Source of the DNA: Squalus acanthias
Taxonomy: Eukaryota
DNA: 64,000 nucleotides
Direction of reading: 5' to 3'
NCBI GenBank assembly: GCA_030390025.1
Contig: CM059432.1
Span: forward strand, 13,828,001 to 13,892,000
This document shows positions 13,735 to 26,502 of this stretch, in pieces. The notes below the pieces were generated by a model, which was given only the letters and a program-made list of their open reading frames with translations, made no database searches and was not told the origin of the DNA. Made by a program: the position numbers and the translations under genes. The stretch's first letter is position 1; the number at the start of each line of letters is the position of its first letter.

Positions 13735-14340
13735 TCTACCTCAACTCCACCTTCCCGTACTATCCCCATATCGCTTAATTCCCTTCACTCCCAAAAATTT
13801 ATCGACCTCCGTCATGAATATACTCAACGACTGAGCATCCACAGCTCCCTGGGGTAAAGAATTCCAAAGATTCACAACCCTCTGAGTGAAGGAATTTCTC
13901 CTCATCTCAATCCTAAATGGCCTACCCCTTATTCTGAGACTGTGACCCCGTGTTCTAGATTCCCCAGGGGAAACATTTCCCAGCATTAACCCTGTCAAGC
14001 CCCTTAAGAATTTTATATGTTTCAATTAGATCACCTTTCATTCTTCTAAACTCTAAGGAATATAGGCCTAGTCGACTCAATCTTTCCTCATAGGGCAATC
14101 CCAGGAACCAGTCTAATGAACCTTCGCTGCACTCCCTCTAAGGCAAGTATGTCTTTCCTTAGGTAAGGAGACCAGAACTGTACACAGTACTCCAGGTGTG
14201 GCCTCATCAATGTCCTGTATAATTGTAGTAAGACTTCTTTACTCTTACACTGTAATCCCTTTGTAACAAAGGCCAACATACCATTTGCGTTCCTAATTGC
14301 TTGCTGTACCTGCATGTTACCTTTCTGTGATTCATGTATC
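13735..14340 (-). mobile_element. CR1/HER1-like LINE fragment
   Basis: [31 protein letters not shown] and FTQRVVNLWNSLP. Confidence 0.9.
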
Positions 14341-14699
14341 AGCTTTAAGTCGGATAAGACCAATTGTTTAGAATGCATGGTAGATCGAATTCAAAACTAT
14401 TAAGATTACACAATCTCTGCATTGGACAACCAGGTATCCCATCAGTTCCAGATTCTAGCAAATTTGAAACCAAAGTCTGCCTTATCACCAGCAATAGTTT
14501 GGCACAGGAAAAACAACAGTAGTTTCAAAGTAAATGTGCATGCACAGCCCTATATCTCACCAGGACCCAAAAGCTGTGGGTTTCCCTTTGTGTTTCGATC
14601 CTTCTACGACCTTAAACGACAATGCTAAGCATCACCTAATCACTACTTCCCAAATTACACTACCTTCTCTTTTACTTTTATCCACCTTGGTGTTCTGCA

Positions 14700-16552
14700 C
14701 TACATTAGGAGAGAAGTCAAAAAAACAATTAGGGAGGCAAAGAGGAACTATGAAATTAAATTATCAAAGAACATAAAACAAAATAGCAAATTATTTTATA
14801 GGCACATCAATAAAAAAAAAGTTGGGATGGGATTAGGGCCATTAAGGGATAGACAGGATAATACCATAGGTAACAATGGAGAGATGGCAGAAATATTAAA
14901 TAATTATTTTGCTTCAGTATTTACCAGGGAGATAGAACAGATGGACATGACACTGGATGATGAGATTAGTAATTAGATAAGTGCATTTAAAATAAAAAAG
15001 GGGATATACTGTATTAAATAAACTAATCAAACTCAAAAAGTGGATAAAACCCCATGTCCAGATGGATTGCATCTATGCATTTTGAGAGAGATAGGGAAGA
15101 GAAAGCAGAGGCATTACTACGCAAATTTAATAATTCATTAGAAATAGGTGTAGTGCCAGAGGACTGGTAGATAGCTAACGTGATACTGATATTTAAGGGG
15201 GATAGAACATGTCCAGGGAATTATAAACCAGTCAGCTTAACATCGGTGGTAGGAAAAATAATGGAATCCCTACTCAAAAGGAGAAAATAGAAGAACATCT
15301 AGAAACCAAACATATAATAAGGAATAGTCAGCATGGATTTCAAAAGGGAAAGTCTTGCTTGACCAACCAGAGAGAGTAGACAATGGTAATGCAGTAGATG
15401 TAATTTATCTGGATTTTCAAAAGGCCTTCAATAAGGTACCCCATAATAGACTGATGAACAAGGTCAGAGAATGCGGAGTCAGGGGACAAGTAGCAGAATG
15501 GATTGCTGGTTGGCTTCAAGACAGAAAGCAGAGAGTGGGAGTAAAGGGTAGCTATTCACAATGGCAGAAGGTGGGTAGTGGTGTTCCACAAGGATCAGTG
15601 CTGGGCCCACTGTTGTTCACAATTTGCATTAATGATTTAGACTTTGGAATCAAAAACACAATTTCTAAATTTGTGGATGACACCAAATTTTTGGGGGGGA
15701 TAGTCGATACTGAAGAGGACTGCAACAAATTACAGGAGGACATTAATAAACTTGCAGAATGGGCATATAATTGGCAAATGAAGTTCAACATATAAATGTG
15801 AAGTATTACATTTTGGCAGAAAGAATAGGGAGGTCACATCACTTGGAGGGTGTGAGTCTAGGTGGGGTAGAGGAACAAAGCGATCTCGGAGTACAAATAC
15901 ACAAATCACTAAAAGTTGCGACACAGGTTAGCAAGGCCATAAAAAGAAAGCAAACCAAGCGCTAGGGTTTATTTCTAGAGGTATAGAATTGAAAAGTAGG
16001 GAAGTTATGCTAAACCTGTATCGAATCTTGGTTAGACCACACGGATATAGAGGCACTGGAGAGGGCACAGAGAAGATTTACAAGAATTATACCAGAAATG
16101 CGAGGGTATACGTATCAGAAAAGGATGAACAGTCTAGATCTCTTTTCTCTTGAAAAAAGGCCAAGGGGTGACCTAATAAGAGGTCTTTAAAATTATGAAA
16201 AATTTTGATAGAGTGGATACAGAGAATGTTTCCACCTGTGGGGAAGCGCATAACTAGATGCCATCAATATAAGATAGTCACCAAGAAATCCAATAGGGAA
16301 TTCAGAAGAAACTTCTTTACCCAAAGAGTGGTGAGAATGTGGAATTCGCTACCACAGAGAGGGGTTGATGAAGCGAATAGTATAAATGCATTTAAGGGGA
16401 GGCTAGACAAGCATACGAGGGAAAAGGGAATAAGGGGTTATGCTGATATCTTTCCTCATCTAAATCTAGGAGGAGGCTTGTGTGGAGCATAAACATCAGC
16501 ATGGACTGGTTGGGCCAAATGGCCAGTTTCTGTGCCGTATATCCTATGTAAT
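14700..16552 (+). mobile_element. CR1 LINE (RT region plus 3' tail)
   Basis: YLDFQKAFNKVPH...[18 protein letters not shown]...SKFVDDTK and FFTQRVVRMWNSLP. Confidence 0.95.
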
Positions 16553-18164
16553 GCCTTGACCCTTCATGTTTTTTTTCTCTCAATTTAAAAAAAATGCAGC
16601 AGGAAGGAAACAATTAGGTATCTTACACAGAGAAAATAGTACTAATTCTGCCCCTTAAATTTTGTGGTCACACACTAATCACTCGCAGTGCAATTCTCTC
16701 ATCTGGTGGAATTGTTGGGGGGGGGGGGGGAAGAGGCGGGAGAACAACAGATTAAAAAATATACAACAAATAAAACTTGCAGAGTAGCTGGAGCCCTTTC
16801 CTGACATGGTGCTAAGCACGGTGTGTTGCTAGAGTTCCAAAAGTTGCAGAGAAAGCAGGTTTCAGCAGGGTGGTGGTGGCAATGCAGTTAGCTTCAAATC
16901 CAAAGCCTAAAGAGAAGGAAAAAAGTATCTTGGCCTGATTGCTATCCAGAGGCCCTGTTGGAAATACAAGTACACCTATGTAAATGTTTGGCAAGGACAG
17001 AAATTAGCTTGGTTTTTGCTTCTCAGTCTACTGACATCAACGTCACTGACCGTGTAACTGTATTCAGAACAGAGAAAGAGTAAGGGTTAAATAAAAGGAA
17101 AAAAACACACCAGTATCATGTGTATACTGACAAAAGATGTCTGCTCTTAAAAAGAAAATTGATCTTTATTCCTTGAATCTTGTAAGAGTAACAAATGGCA
17201 CACAAATTATCAACCTCAGCTTACTTCCTCAAGCACAACAGGGTTGTGAAAAGCAGTATCAATTGAAACTGATGACATGAAAACACCGCTTATGTTCAAG
17301 TCTGAAGACCTTTGCTTTACTTGAGAGCCCAGGTGAGTTACTAAATTGGAATATGGCCAGACACCTGTGGAGTCTTTCTAAGACGTGAATGAAAGTCTTT
17401 TAAAAATGGACACCTATTCTATAATTAAAATCCAAATTTGATAGTGAAGTATTCAAAATCAAATGCGCATATAGGATTTTTATAAGTGTATAAAGCAGTT
17501 TTTCTCTAAAAATGTAAATATAGCCTTTTATCATGTTAGATGAAAAGGGAATAAATCATTCTCCTATCCAACTGGTTCCCACCTACCTTCATATAATGAC
17601 TGGATTAACTGGCGTGACAGACATGACTAAGCCAAGCGCATCAGTTACAGTATATACGTACTGCCCGAGAAACTGAATCAGACTGCTTGCCTGTTTGCAA
17701 AATGGCAGCCCTGCCAGAGTTTAAAATATAAATTGATTGATCAGTAGTAGTAGAATCATAACATTAGAATATCAATATTATTAGTCTTGTGTTCCCTATT
17801 AATTTCCCCCAGTTACTAGTGCATTTATTGTAACCCCCCCAAAACATGGAATTTTCTTGTGTATTATCCTTATTACCTTTTTGAGTACCTTTCCATCTCT
17901 TTTTTCTCCTTAATTTGCATGGAGGAAGTTTTTCTCCCTTTAGCTGTAATTTGCAAAATAAAACCCAATCACTACAGCAATACAAAAAGAAAATACTGCA
18001 GATGCTGGAAATCTGAAATAAAAACTATAGCATGTTACCTTCCTGAATTATTTAAACACTACCATATGTTGAAAGCGCATTTCAAAATAGTAACACTGTG
18101 TCATACAATCACATTTTCTTATAAAAATAATTAAAATGCTTGCAAGAAATGTAGAAAAATAGGA

Positions 18165-18530
18165 AACGGATGGCTAGTTAGCTAAAACACTCTCCTTTCT
18201 GGAACTTGAGTTGAAGTCCAGCTGGTCTGATGGAATGAAAGTAAATTAGGTTATCTTCCTAATCGCTGAAAGGGTCCAACAAGAAATTAGTCGAGACAGT
18301 TTCTATCCAGTAGTCAGTGGCTATGGGTCGACAAAATAAATACCAATAATTCAGGACAAACTGGCTATTTCACTCAGAGACCATGAATTATGCTGGTATG
18401 GAAAATGCAAACAGGGGTGCCAGTTTGTAGTTGGACTAAGATATTGGGAAGAGACAACTATTCCCTGGCAACACATCCTATGCTGTATCCGCCTTGGAAA
18501 TCTTGATGTTGACAGAAACGTTCCAATGCT
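18165..18530 (+). mobile_element. Highly degenerate LF-SINE-like element
   Basis: Ordered motifs GGATGGCT..., GAAGTCCAGC, GAAAGT, GAAATTAGT and TCCAGT..CAGTGG resemble the recalled LF-SINE 5' half. Confidence 0.4.
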
Positions 18531-19369
18531 CCAAATTATCACCCCCTTTCTTCATGGGGTAAAATGCTGTCCAGAAATAGAAAAATCAAAGTAGTATTCA
18601 TCTTAGATTCAGCATTAATAATCCACTCTGGCTTCACTCAGTGTATAATGAAAACAATACCTATCTTATCACATAGAAATGTGTAAAAGTCTGATGAATT
18701 ATTTTCGATGGCAGTGACTGTTGTTGTGAAGACAAACACAGCAGCCAATCTATGCTAACAACATCCCAAAAAAGTTATTGGTTAAGGAAGCCAAAACTCA
18801 TACACTCACTTATGTTAACCTATAGAAAAATTACTTTCAAAACTAAACTCCGAACTGAATCTCAGAAGCTAGACCAAACAATTTGCCTTCAACATTAAGT
18901 GCACATTGCTCAGCATCCCAATAAAACCAAAGGTACCAATCTATTCTCTGCACTTATTGCACAAGGTGCACAATGATTTTGCAAAATGTATATGCATTTA
19001 ATATTCTAAACATAATTTAAAAAATCAAACTGTTTTTGTAATTCTGTTCAAAAATATGCCCCTATACATCAGCCGAGGACATGATCAGGTTTGACACTTG
19101 ATTGGTAAAGCATGCCCATCGACATTGGCCATGCAGGTTCAAATGTAAAGAGTAGGGACATAGACAAAGTAATGAAACAGTACTTATAAGTAAATTTAAA
19201 AAAATCAAAAGGGAATAAACTTACTGGGCCTCATTATATTCTTATAAATCAGTGGCTTTCAAACCTCCAGGAAAAAATTAAAAGAAATTGAAGGGGTGGC
19301 ATGGGGAAAAAAAAAACTTCAAACAACACTGGAAATTTCTATAGTGCTCCTCAAATAAAGAAAACATAG

Positions 19370-20175
19370 GCAGGAAAAAGAAAAAAGGTGAAAATAGTGG
19401 CAGAGAAATTGGGAGGAAAAATTGTTGACGGCAGAAGCATAGTGATTGAAAAAAAAGCCATTGATGGTGTAGTAGAGTGAATGGGAGGTAAAGAGTAACC
19501 CAGTGTTAGAAATACGGAGGGAAAAACCTCAAAAGTGAAGCAAAGCTGTGGAGGAATATGAAAAAGAGATACTTGAAGTCAAATTGCTCGGACACCAAGA
19601 TCCCGTGAAGCTTGGCAAGGATGGGGGTGATGAGTTTGCATGCTCTTTATGGATGAGATGATACAGGTCTCAGAATTATGAACAGAGTGGAAGTCTGTGG
19701 AGGATGGAGTGCAGATGGCTGCGTAGAAAGTGTTGGAGGAATCAATTCTTGAGGTGAGGAAACTGTGCTAAGGAATTTGTAGTCGTCTTCTTTTGTATGG
19801 TAGTAGCAAAGCAAATCAAATGTCAATATCCAAGTCAAATATCCAGGCCAAAGCTAGGATTTTGTAGTGAGGAAGAGGTGGGCCTACAGCCAGACAATGT
19901 TGCAGATGAAAAGCACAAGGATAAGGGATGAAAAGTAGATACCTCCAGTTGAAAAACAAGTACCAACATGGGCAATGGATTGAATGACCTGCCTCTGGTC
20001 TGTAATTTCTATGATTCTAGGTCTCAGCATTGGACAACACAGGATACAAAATTCAAATGAAACAGGATGTGGAGGTTCTAAATCTAGATTTAGTCTGATA
20101 AGACTGATGGAATTGAGCTTAGGTGGTGGTGGGAGATTCAATTTTACCAACATTGAGCTTAAGGAAATTTAAACT
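19370..20175 (-). mobile_element. Degenerate L2-like LINE fragment
   Basis: Purine-rich plus strand; similar in character and motifs to 36965-38580. Confidence 0.45.
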
Positions 20176-21810
20176 CATCCATGATTTAATGATTCAGCTA
20201 AGATCTTTTTATTTTCAGCGCTCCTTCAATCTGGTTTTCATTTTCTCGCCTGCCTGTCCCAGAGCAGTCATTAGATCTCTTCCAATGTTTTCCTCTTCCA
20301 TGCCCAGTCATCTATTTTGTCTTCTCAGGGCTACATACATGATCCTTTTTTCTTCTTCATTTATATGCTACCCCATAGTGACATTATCTACAAGCACAGA
20401 GTCAGATTTTACCACAACACCCAATGTTTAATTTTACCAATATTTAGCTGAAGAAAATTTTGACTCATCCATAATTTAATCATCAGACAGGCAGTTGGCA
20501 TCGATGGTGCAGGCAGAGAGGTAGAGTTGGGTTATTGTGGTAGACGCTGACCCTGTGTGCTTGTGGGTGTCACCAAATGAAGAGAGAACCTTATGTTTAG
20601 CTCTGTCTAGCCCACCTTCAATGCTATCCTGCTGCTGTACACCAAGAATGAGAAAGGACAGTTTAAGAATACAGCCTTCAGCACAGATAACAAATGTGTC
20701 CACTTAAATCAACTTGTATACCAAATGTGGTTCAAATTCAAAGACACAGGAAAATGATATTTGGCTTGGATTCAAATCAGGCACTTAAAATAGTATTTTT
20801 CCATCAAACTGCAAGGAGAAAAAATCTGAAGTATCCAATGACTAAAGTCTGGAAGCTCACTCTATAAATGTCTGTATGAGATTTGCATTGTTCTAAAAAG
20901 CAAAAATGAAAAAGCCTCTCGCAAGAAACAATATCCAGCAGCAAGATTCTATAAAACGAACAAGTACATAAATCACAGTGCTTTTTCCCTATGCTCTGCG
21001 TATTTTTTTTTGGGGGGGGGGGGGATAAATTAACGCAATCAGGGGCTGTCAGAGTCTGCAGTATGAAGTGTTTCATAGCATAGCCCTCATTTTAAGCCAC
21101 AAATACCAGTTTGCAAGAGCTCATTCCAGACTTACTGAAAGAGCAATATTTGCGCATAACACTTTTATGCCGCTATAAATAAAGCTTTTAAAAGCAACAT
21201 AAACCGTTTCCTGTTTACAGTAAACTTGTCCTGATTCTCTTCGTGATCTAAATCCGATTTCACAGACACACACAAAAAAATCACGATTTACGAAGATTTA
21301 AAATGTCTGCATTCCCGAGAGAATTGTAATTCGTACTACCAGACTGTTACATCGTAATTAAATCTAAGGAATTAAGTTAAATCTACTTCATCATTCCCTA
21401 TATATTTCCAAAGCATGTTTAGATGATTATTAAAAAAACTTCCATCTAATTATCAACAGATTTGATTTGAATGACTTTCCCTTTTTTCTCCCCACAACGT
21501 TCCTCAACCAACCTGTGCCTCGATCATCCAACGCTTAAACTGAAATGGTTGACCAGTCTCAGTTTATTCGTTTCGTTACACCAGCATCATGTCATTATGA
21601 GATTACTGGTTTTACCGGTATTATTTGCCAAACGGATTCGGACAACCCACATACAATGCTGCCTTACCACCCAGCGACTATAAGCATAAAGCCATTTTAG
21701 TTCAGTATAGACGCGTCACCACTACCGTGCCTCAGAAAGCTGCAGCATTTTTTAAGAGAAATTGCTGCCGAATCATATCGCATTGTCTTCAAATTAAAGA
21801 GATACAACAA

Positions 21811-22144
21811 TCCTTGTAAACTATTCCCTTCAACATAAACCTTAAAATCTCAACAGCATTGGAAAAAAAACACAAGCATATAGATTAGCAACAAATAAAG
21901 CTTTAAAAGGGTCTCCTTGTAAACTATTTCCTTCAACATAAACCATAAAATCTCTTCAACAGCATTGAAAAATCCAAACACATGCATACATATATATATT
22001 ATTGAAAAAACATATATTAGTAACAAATAAAGCTTTAAAATGGTCTCCTTGTAAACTATTTCCTTCAACATAAACATTAAAATCTCTTCAACAGCATTTG
22101 GGAAAAAACCCACTAACATATAGATTAACAAATAAGGGTCTCCC
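21811..22144. repeat. Three-copy AT-rich tandem repeat (units about 100-130 bp)
   Basis: TCCTTGTAAACTATTYCCTTCAACATAAAC...TCAACAGCATT...AACAAATAA recurs at 21811, 21914 and 22046. Confidence 0.9.
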
Positions 22145-22515
22145 TCTCTACTGCAGTCGTCATTCTACAGTTATCTATGCAAAAATTTACTCCACAATCA
22201 TGAGGGGAGGAGAGGGAAGAGACTCTAAAATGGGGCTGGGAAATATAAAACAAAAAGATTTTTTTTTTTAAAAAAAAAGGCGAAAGGACGATAACATTAA
22301 GCAATGTAAAAGTTTTTTTTCCCACCCACCCCAATTAAAACAAAATAGAGAGAGAGAGAGATGCGCTTTGAGCAAAAGAGCAGCTCAAGCTCATCACACA
22401 CGCCTCCTGTTTCAGTCAGTCCAACCGCACAACACACAATATCCGATTGCTATCGCGGGCCTTCGCTTCGCTTTCGCTCGCTCTTTTCCATTAAAGCATC
22501 ATTTTCGGCCTTTAC

Positions 22516-22780
22516 CTTTTCGAAGGGACGTGTGAAGAAACGCGTTGAAAATTTCAGGACAGGGAGGGAGGGAGGAAGGAAGGAGGGGGGGGGAGAAAGA
22601 GAAAAAAAAACCAATTCACGTTACAGAACCCCCACCAGGGAAAGCACTAAAATAACTATAACGTATTTTTGTTAATATATATGTTATTATTATTATAAAG
22701 CGAGAGAAATTATAAACGGCGAGACCTTTGATCAGGTTCCATCTCCGGGACGGCCTTTGACTTTCCGCGGGCCCAACGTT
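22516..22780 (-). other. ANKRD12: Putative non-coding first exon of the downstream minus-strand gene, likely ANKRD12 by synteny; upstream boundary approximate
   Basis: Minus-strand donor AAG|GTAAAG at 22516/22515, just downstream of the E-box/CCAAT/CRE cluster. In human, ANKRD12 follows NDUFV2 on the same strand with a non-coding exon 1 and a long intron 1 (recalled). No coding exon is in the window, so the identity is inference. Confidence 0.45.
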
Positions 22781-23099
22781 TCCTCGGGTTGGACGGATCC
22801 GCGTCACGTGATCCACCAGCCGAAGACTTCTGTTACGGGCCGTCTGATTGGCTGCTTTCCGGACGTCAACCCGGCCCGGTCAACGATTTACAATTTAAAA
22901 GGAATCCCACTCCAGGGGAAAAAAAATATATAATATATTATGTTCAATTCTCCTGGATAGGCGACAGATATATATATTTATTTTTTCCTAAACAGTTTTT
23001 GTATTCTTAAAAGTTCAAGAACAACGGCAGCGAACCGCCAGTTCCCGGCATTCACCGGCGGCGCTAGGCGATCCGTGACGTAACGTCTCCGAAGAGACT

Positions 23100-23114
23100 G
23101 GAATGTTCTAGAAA
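23100..23114. promoter_or_regulatory. Heat-shock element (three inverted nGAAn units)
   Basis: gGAAtgTTCtaGAAa matches nGAAnnTTCnnGAAn exactly and lies within the CpG island. Confidence 0.55.
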
Positions 23115-23453
23115 AGAAGGGGCTCTGCGGCGAGGCAAAGAGCTGGCAGTTGTAGAAGATCCGCTTGAAAAACTTTTTACAATTTAAAAAAAAATGTAAA
23201 GTTCGTTCGTTGGCTCAATTAGCGTTTTTTTTAAAAAAAAGGACCCACGGAACGGTTGGTAAATTATAAGTCAGCGAATGTCGCTTTTTTTTTGGTAGTG
23301 TGTGTGTCGATGGGGCTGGGCTGGGGTTTGGTTGGGGGGGTAGTTGACGACGCGCGGTCCCTTGGGACGATGTTTTGTCGGTGGAGGCGGGTTGGCTGCT
23401 GCTGCTGTTTGTTTTTTGAGGTGGGGGTTGGGAAAGGAGAGAGAGAGAGAATG

Positions 23454-23790
23454 TGCGCAGGCGCCGTAGTTTGCGGCAGCCGCTGCCTGTGTGTGACTGG
23501 TGTGTGGGGGAGGGAAGGGTTTGCGCAGGCGCCGTAGCTTGCGGCAGATGCTGCTTGAGAGAGAGCGCGCGCTGTTTGCTGGACGGAGGCTCTGACGTGA
23601 GGGGAAGGGTCTGCGCAGGCGCCGTAGCTTGCGGCAATTGCTGCTGCTTGTGACTGATCGTGTAGGTGAAGGGTTTGCGCAGGCGCCGTAGCTTGCGGTA
23701 GCTGATTGTGACGTGGGGGGGGAGGAAGAAGGGTATGCGCAGGCTGTAGCCGCTGTGTGACGGGGGAAGGGTGTACGCAGGCGCAGAAGG
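23454..23790 (+). repeat. Irregular tandem array of a ~30-bp GC-rich module containing an NRF1-like site
   Basis: TGCGCAGGCGCCGTAGYTTGCGG at 23454, 23522, 23612 and 23676; degenerate copies at 23736 and 23774; all but the first are preceded by GAAGGGTN. Confidence 0.9.
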
Positions 23791-25609
23791 TAAGCGATTG
23801 TGGGGGGAGGGGGGTGTCTGGTAACGGCTTGTCGCAGTGTACGTAGACGCTCGATGAAGAGGAGGAAGCGGCTGTTTGTGAGCATTGTGGGGGAGGGGTG
23901 GAGTTAATGAACCTTTGGTCTCCTTGGATTTTGGAAGCGGTACGCGCAGGCGCGGGCGGGGGGATTCCCGTGGCTCCGATTGTACGATGTGGGGGTGGGG
24001 AGATGGTGGACAATAGGCGCCAGCTGTAGCTGCGTGGCTGAAGTCTCGGTGGTTCAGTTGAGGCAAAATACAGCCAATGCTCCAAATACACAATTTAGAT
24101 AACGTTGCAGCTAAAGATTTATAGTGGAAGTGTGTGCAGGTGCTGGCGAAGGGAGGGGAAGCTTGGCGGCTGTCTGTCTGGGAGCGTTGTGCGCACGCGC
24201 GGTCCTGGCTGGGCTGAGTGCTTTGGAAACTAAATCCAAGACTCTGAAATGGAGAAAGTCCATCAGCAGGTTACACAACTGGTTGTTGGGAATGTTGCGG
24301 GCAAGAACTAATTTAGTTGTGTGAGGAAAGTTTTCAATTATACAATTCCTTTTTTGGAGTTTTTTTACTTTAGTGAACAGTATATCGACAGGCAAAATGT
24401 AATCGTAATCCATGTAGCTGGAAAAACCCAAATTTGTGCTTTAGTTTATTCTTAAAAAGTAGAGTACGTACTTCCTGTATGTAAATATGTAGGTTGTGGC
24501 CTTATTGGCAGTATTTTTAAATGCCGTATTGGTGTATGCATAATGCAGTGCTTAATAAAATTGTTATTGTGCATTAATATTAACATGGTTTGTGATTTTT
24601 TTTTAAATTAAACTAAATTGGCACAGAAGGTTTAAGACTTAATACTTGTGGAGTTTTTGACTACATTGTCAATAACGTTTACAAGATCTTCAGAAATGTC
24701 ACAATGCAATCCTTTGAGCGATTTCTAGATTGTGTCGAACTTTCAATGAAATCTGCATTCATTTATTTTGTTTTTTCATGTCTAAATTTACAGTTCAGAT
24801 TTGGTTTTAAACACTTTAGCATACATTTTAAATGTATGCTAGTGAGGAAAGAATAGATGTAGCTAATTCACTTTTTTCGTTTTCTACGACTGGTCGAAAA
24901 ATATATTTAACAGCCACATTTCCACGTCTAATAGGAAACTGAATCAATGCCATTTTGAGGGTTATTAGCTAGAAGAAAACACTTCGCCACCTTGACCTGG
25001 TAGCGTATAGCAAATGTCCCTTTACCAATGCCCTTTTATTAACTAATTTTAAGAATTTAAACACAGCATATTGCAATTCACTTTTTTAATCCAATACAAA
25101 CAGCAATTTGTGGTTTTATAATGGGGGACTGTTCTGTTCACTGAGGTGGAAGACTTTTAAAAGACATAAGCTATTTCTAGTTAAGCGGGGATAACCCACT
25201 GTGGCAGATGCTTCATGAATATGTATTTTTTATAACTTGCTGTACTATAAATTTTGAATATTGGATGTGGGTTCTTGTAATGAAAATGTAATGTGTGTAG
25301 TATAAGTTTTATACTGTCATAAAACAACATTCTTCAAAGTGTTTGGATAAGGTGGTTGCTCGCAGAGCAGTAAATGCAACAAGGATTTAAAAAAAACCTA
25401 ACATTTTAAAATATAAGGGAAATGTCCGATTTCAAAATTTGTAATCTTAATGGCACTTTGAATAAATTTAGTATTTTTCTCTTATCTAAGCAGCGTTTTG
25501 TAAAATACATTAAAATGGGTTTCAAGCCTCTCTTAAAAGCATTGATTTCTTGCTGAGGAATAGTTTGATGGGCATCAAGTACCTATGTAACAATTCTTAC
25601 AAGTCTAGG

Positions 25610-25845
25610 CAGTGAGTGTTAACTGGCTATTCATTCATGGCAATAGCACAGTCAAGTCAGATCCTCTCCGCTCACCTGATATCCACACATACTTTCAGCA
25701 GGGTCACTCAAAACTGATCAAGAAGCTTGTCAGCTATTTTCTTTTTCTTTCCCACCTTGGCACTGAGGCTAATTATACATTTTCTACCACTGTCCTGTCT
25801 TGAGATCTGCTTACTAATCTCAGACTGGGAATTGAATGAGACTTT
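25610..25845 (-). mobile_element. Ancient tRNA-derived SINE (AmnSINE2-like)
   Basis: Reverse complement contains TGACCCTGCTGAAAGT...GTGGATATCAGGTGAGCGGAGAGGATC, shared with the copies at 40190 and 41660. Confidence 0.5.
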
Positions 25846-26502
25846 GGGTTTGTTCCAGTTACTGATGGTTGCTATACAATATTAAATGTTTTCGGATGGA
25901 ATATGTTAATGATTTAAATAGTGTAGGATGTTTTCCCTTCATTGACTTTTTTTATAAAACTTGTATGGCAAGTACAAAATAGCATTCCTAGGTCTTGTTT
26001 CAGCAGTGTGGGGGTAAAAACTGAACCAAAATCAGCAATAAAAACCCTAGCTAAATCACAACATATTTAAATGCTTGTGAAAGCATTCCAGTGGAATCTG
26101 CTTTGTGATTACATTGATCTAATGCTCAAATTGTGCTTGCCAAAACCACTTGCATTAACTGTATTTTCCATCTGTCATACTAATCCAGTTTTGTACTGGA
26201 CTCTCCATTTTGTTTTGCCTTCTGATTGTTACTGCCCACTACCACCTTCTGATGTAGTTTTAATGCCAGTGAGCAGCTGAGACTAAACAGTTGACCAATA
26301 AACTCAAAGCTCTGTGCTGCTTATCCATTGTTAAAGTCAGTGTTATAACTTGCACTTTTGAATGTTCCATTCTTTGCTGTCAACCTAAAAGGGGGTGATT
26401 TCTGAGCAGAGCTTTAGGTTAACAGCAACAAATTGAATAAAATGATGAGACTATTTAATACACAGCTTTTAAAACTTTATTAAACCTTTAAAATAATGTA
26501 TC

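Larger units (their letters stand above)
22380..24300. promoter_or_regulatory. CpG island, probable (bidirectional) promoter of the next minus-strand gene
   Basis: High CpG density against a CpG-depleted background and no recognisable TEs. Contains E-box GTCACGTGAT (22803-22812), NF-Y box CAGCCAATCAG (minus, 22844-22854), CRE-like GACGTCA (22862-22868) and TGACGTAA (23076-23083), an HSE (23100-23114) and repeated GCGCAGGCGC motifs. Confidence 0.85.

Noticed and set aside
1..22515. Coding exons of ANKRD12 or another gene
   Set aside because: By eye I found no minus-strand exon matching the recalled ANKRD12 N-terminus or any other protein; the ORFs here are TE-derived or random.
23454..23790. 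CRISPR-like appearance (conserved ~25-30-bp repeats separated by variable spacers)
   Set aside because: Vertebrate genomic context, no cas genes, irregular spacing and mutually related linkers; better explained as a degenerate promoter minisatellite.
23215..24093. Long overlapping minus-strand ORFs (292, 275 and 204 aa)
   Set aside because: Low-complexity Pro/Ala/Arg translations open in all three frames reflect the GC-rich repeat array; no recognisable domain.
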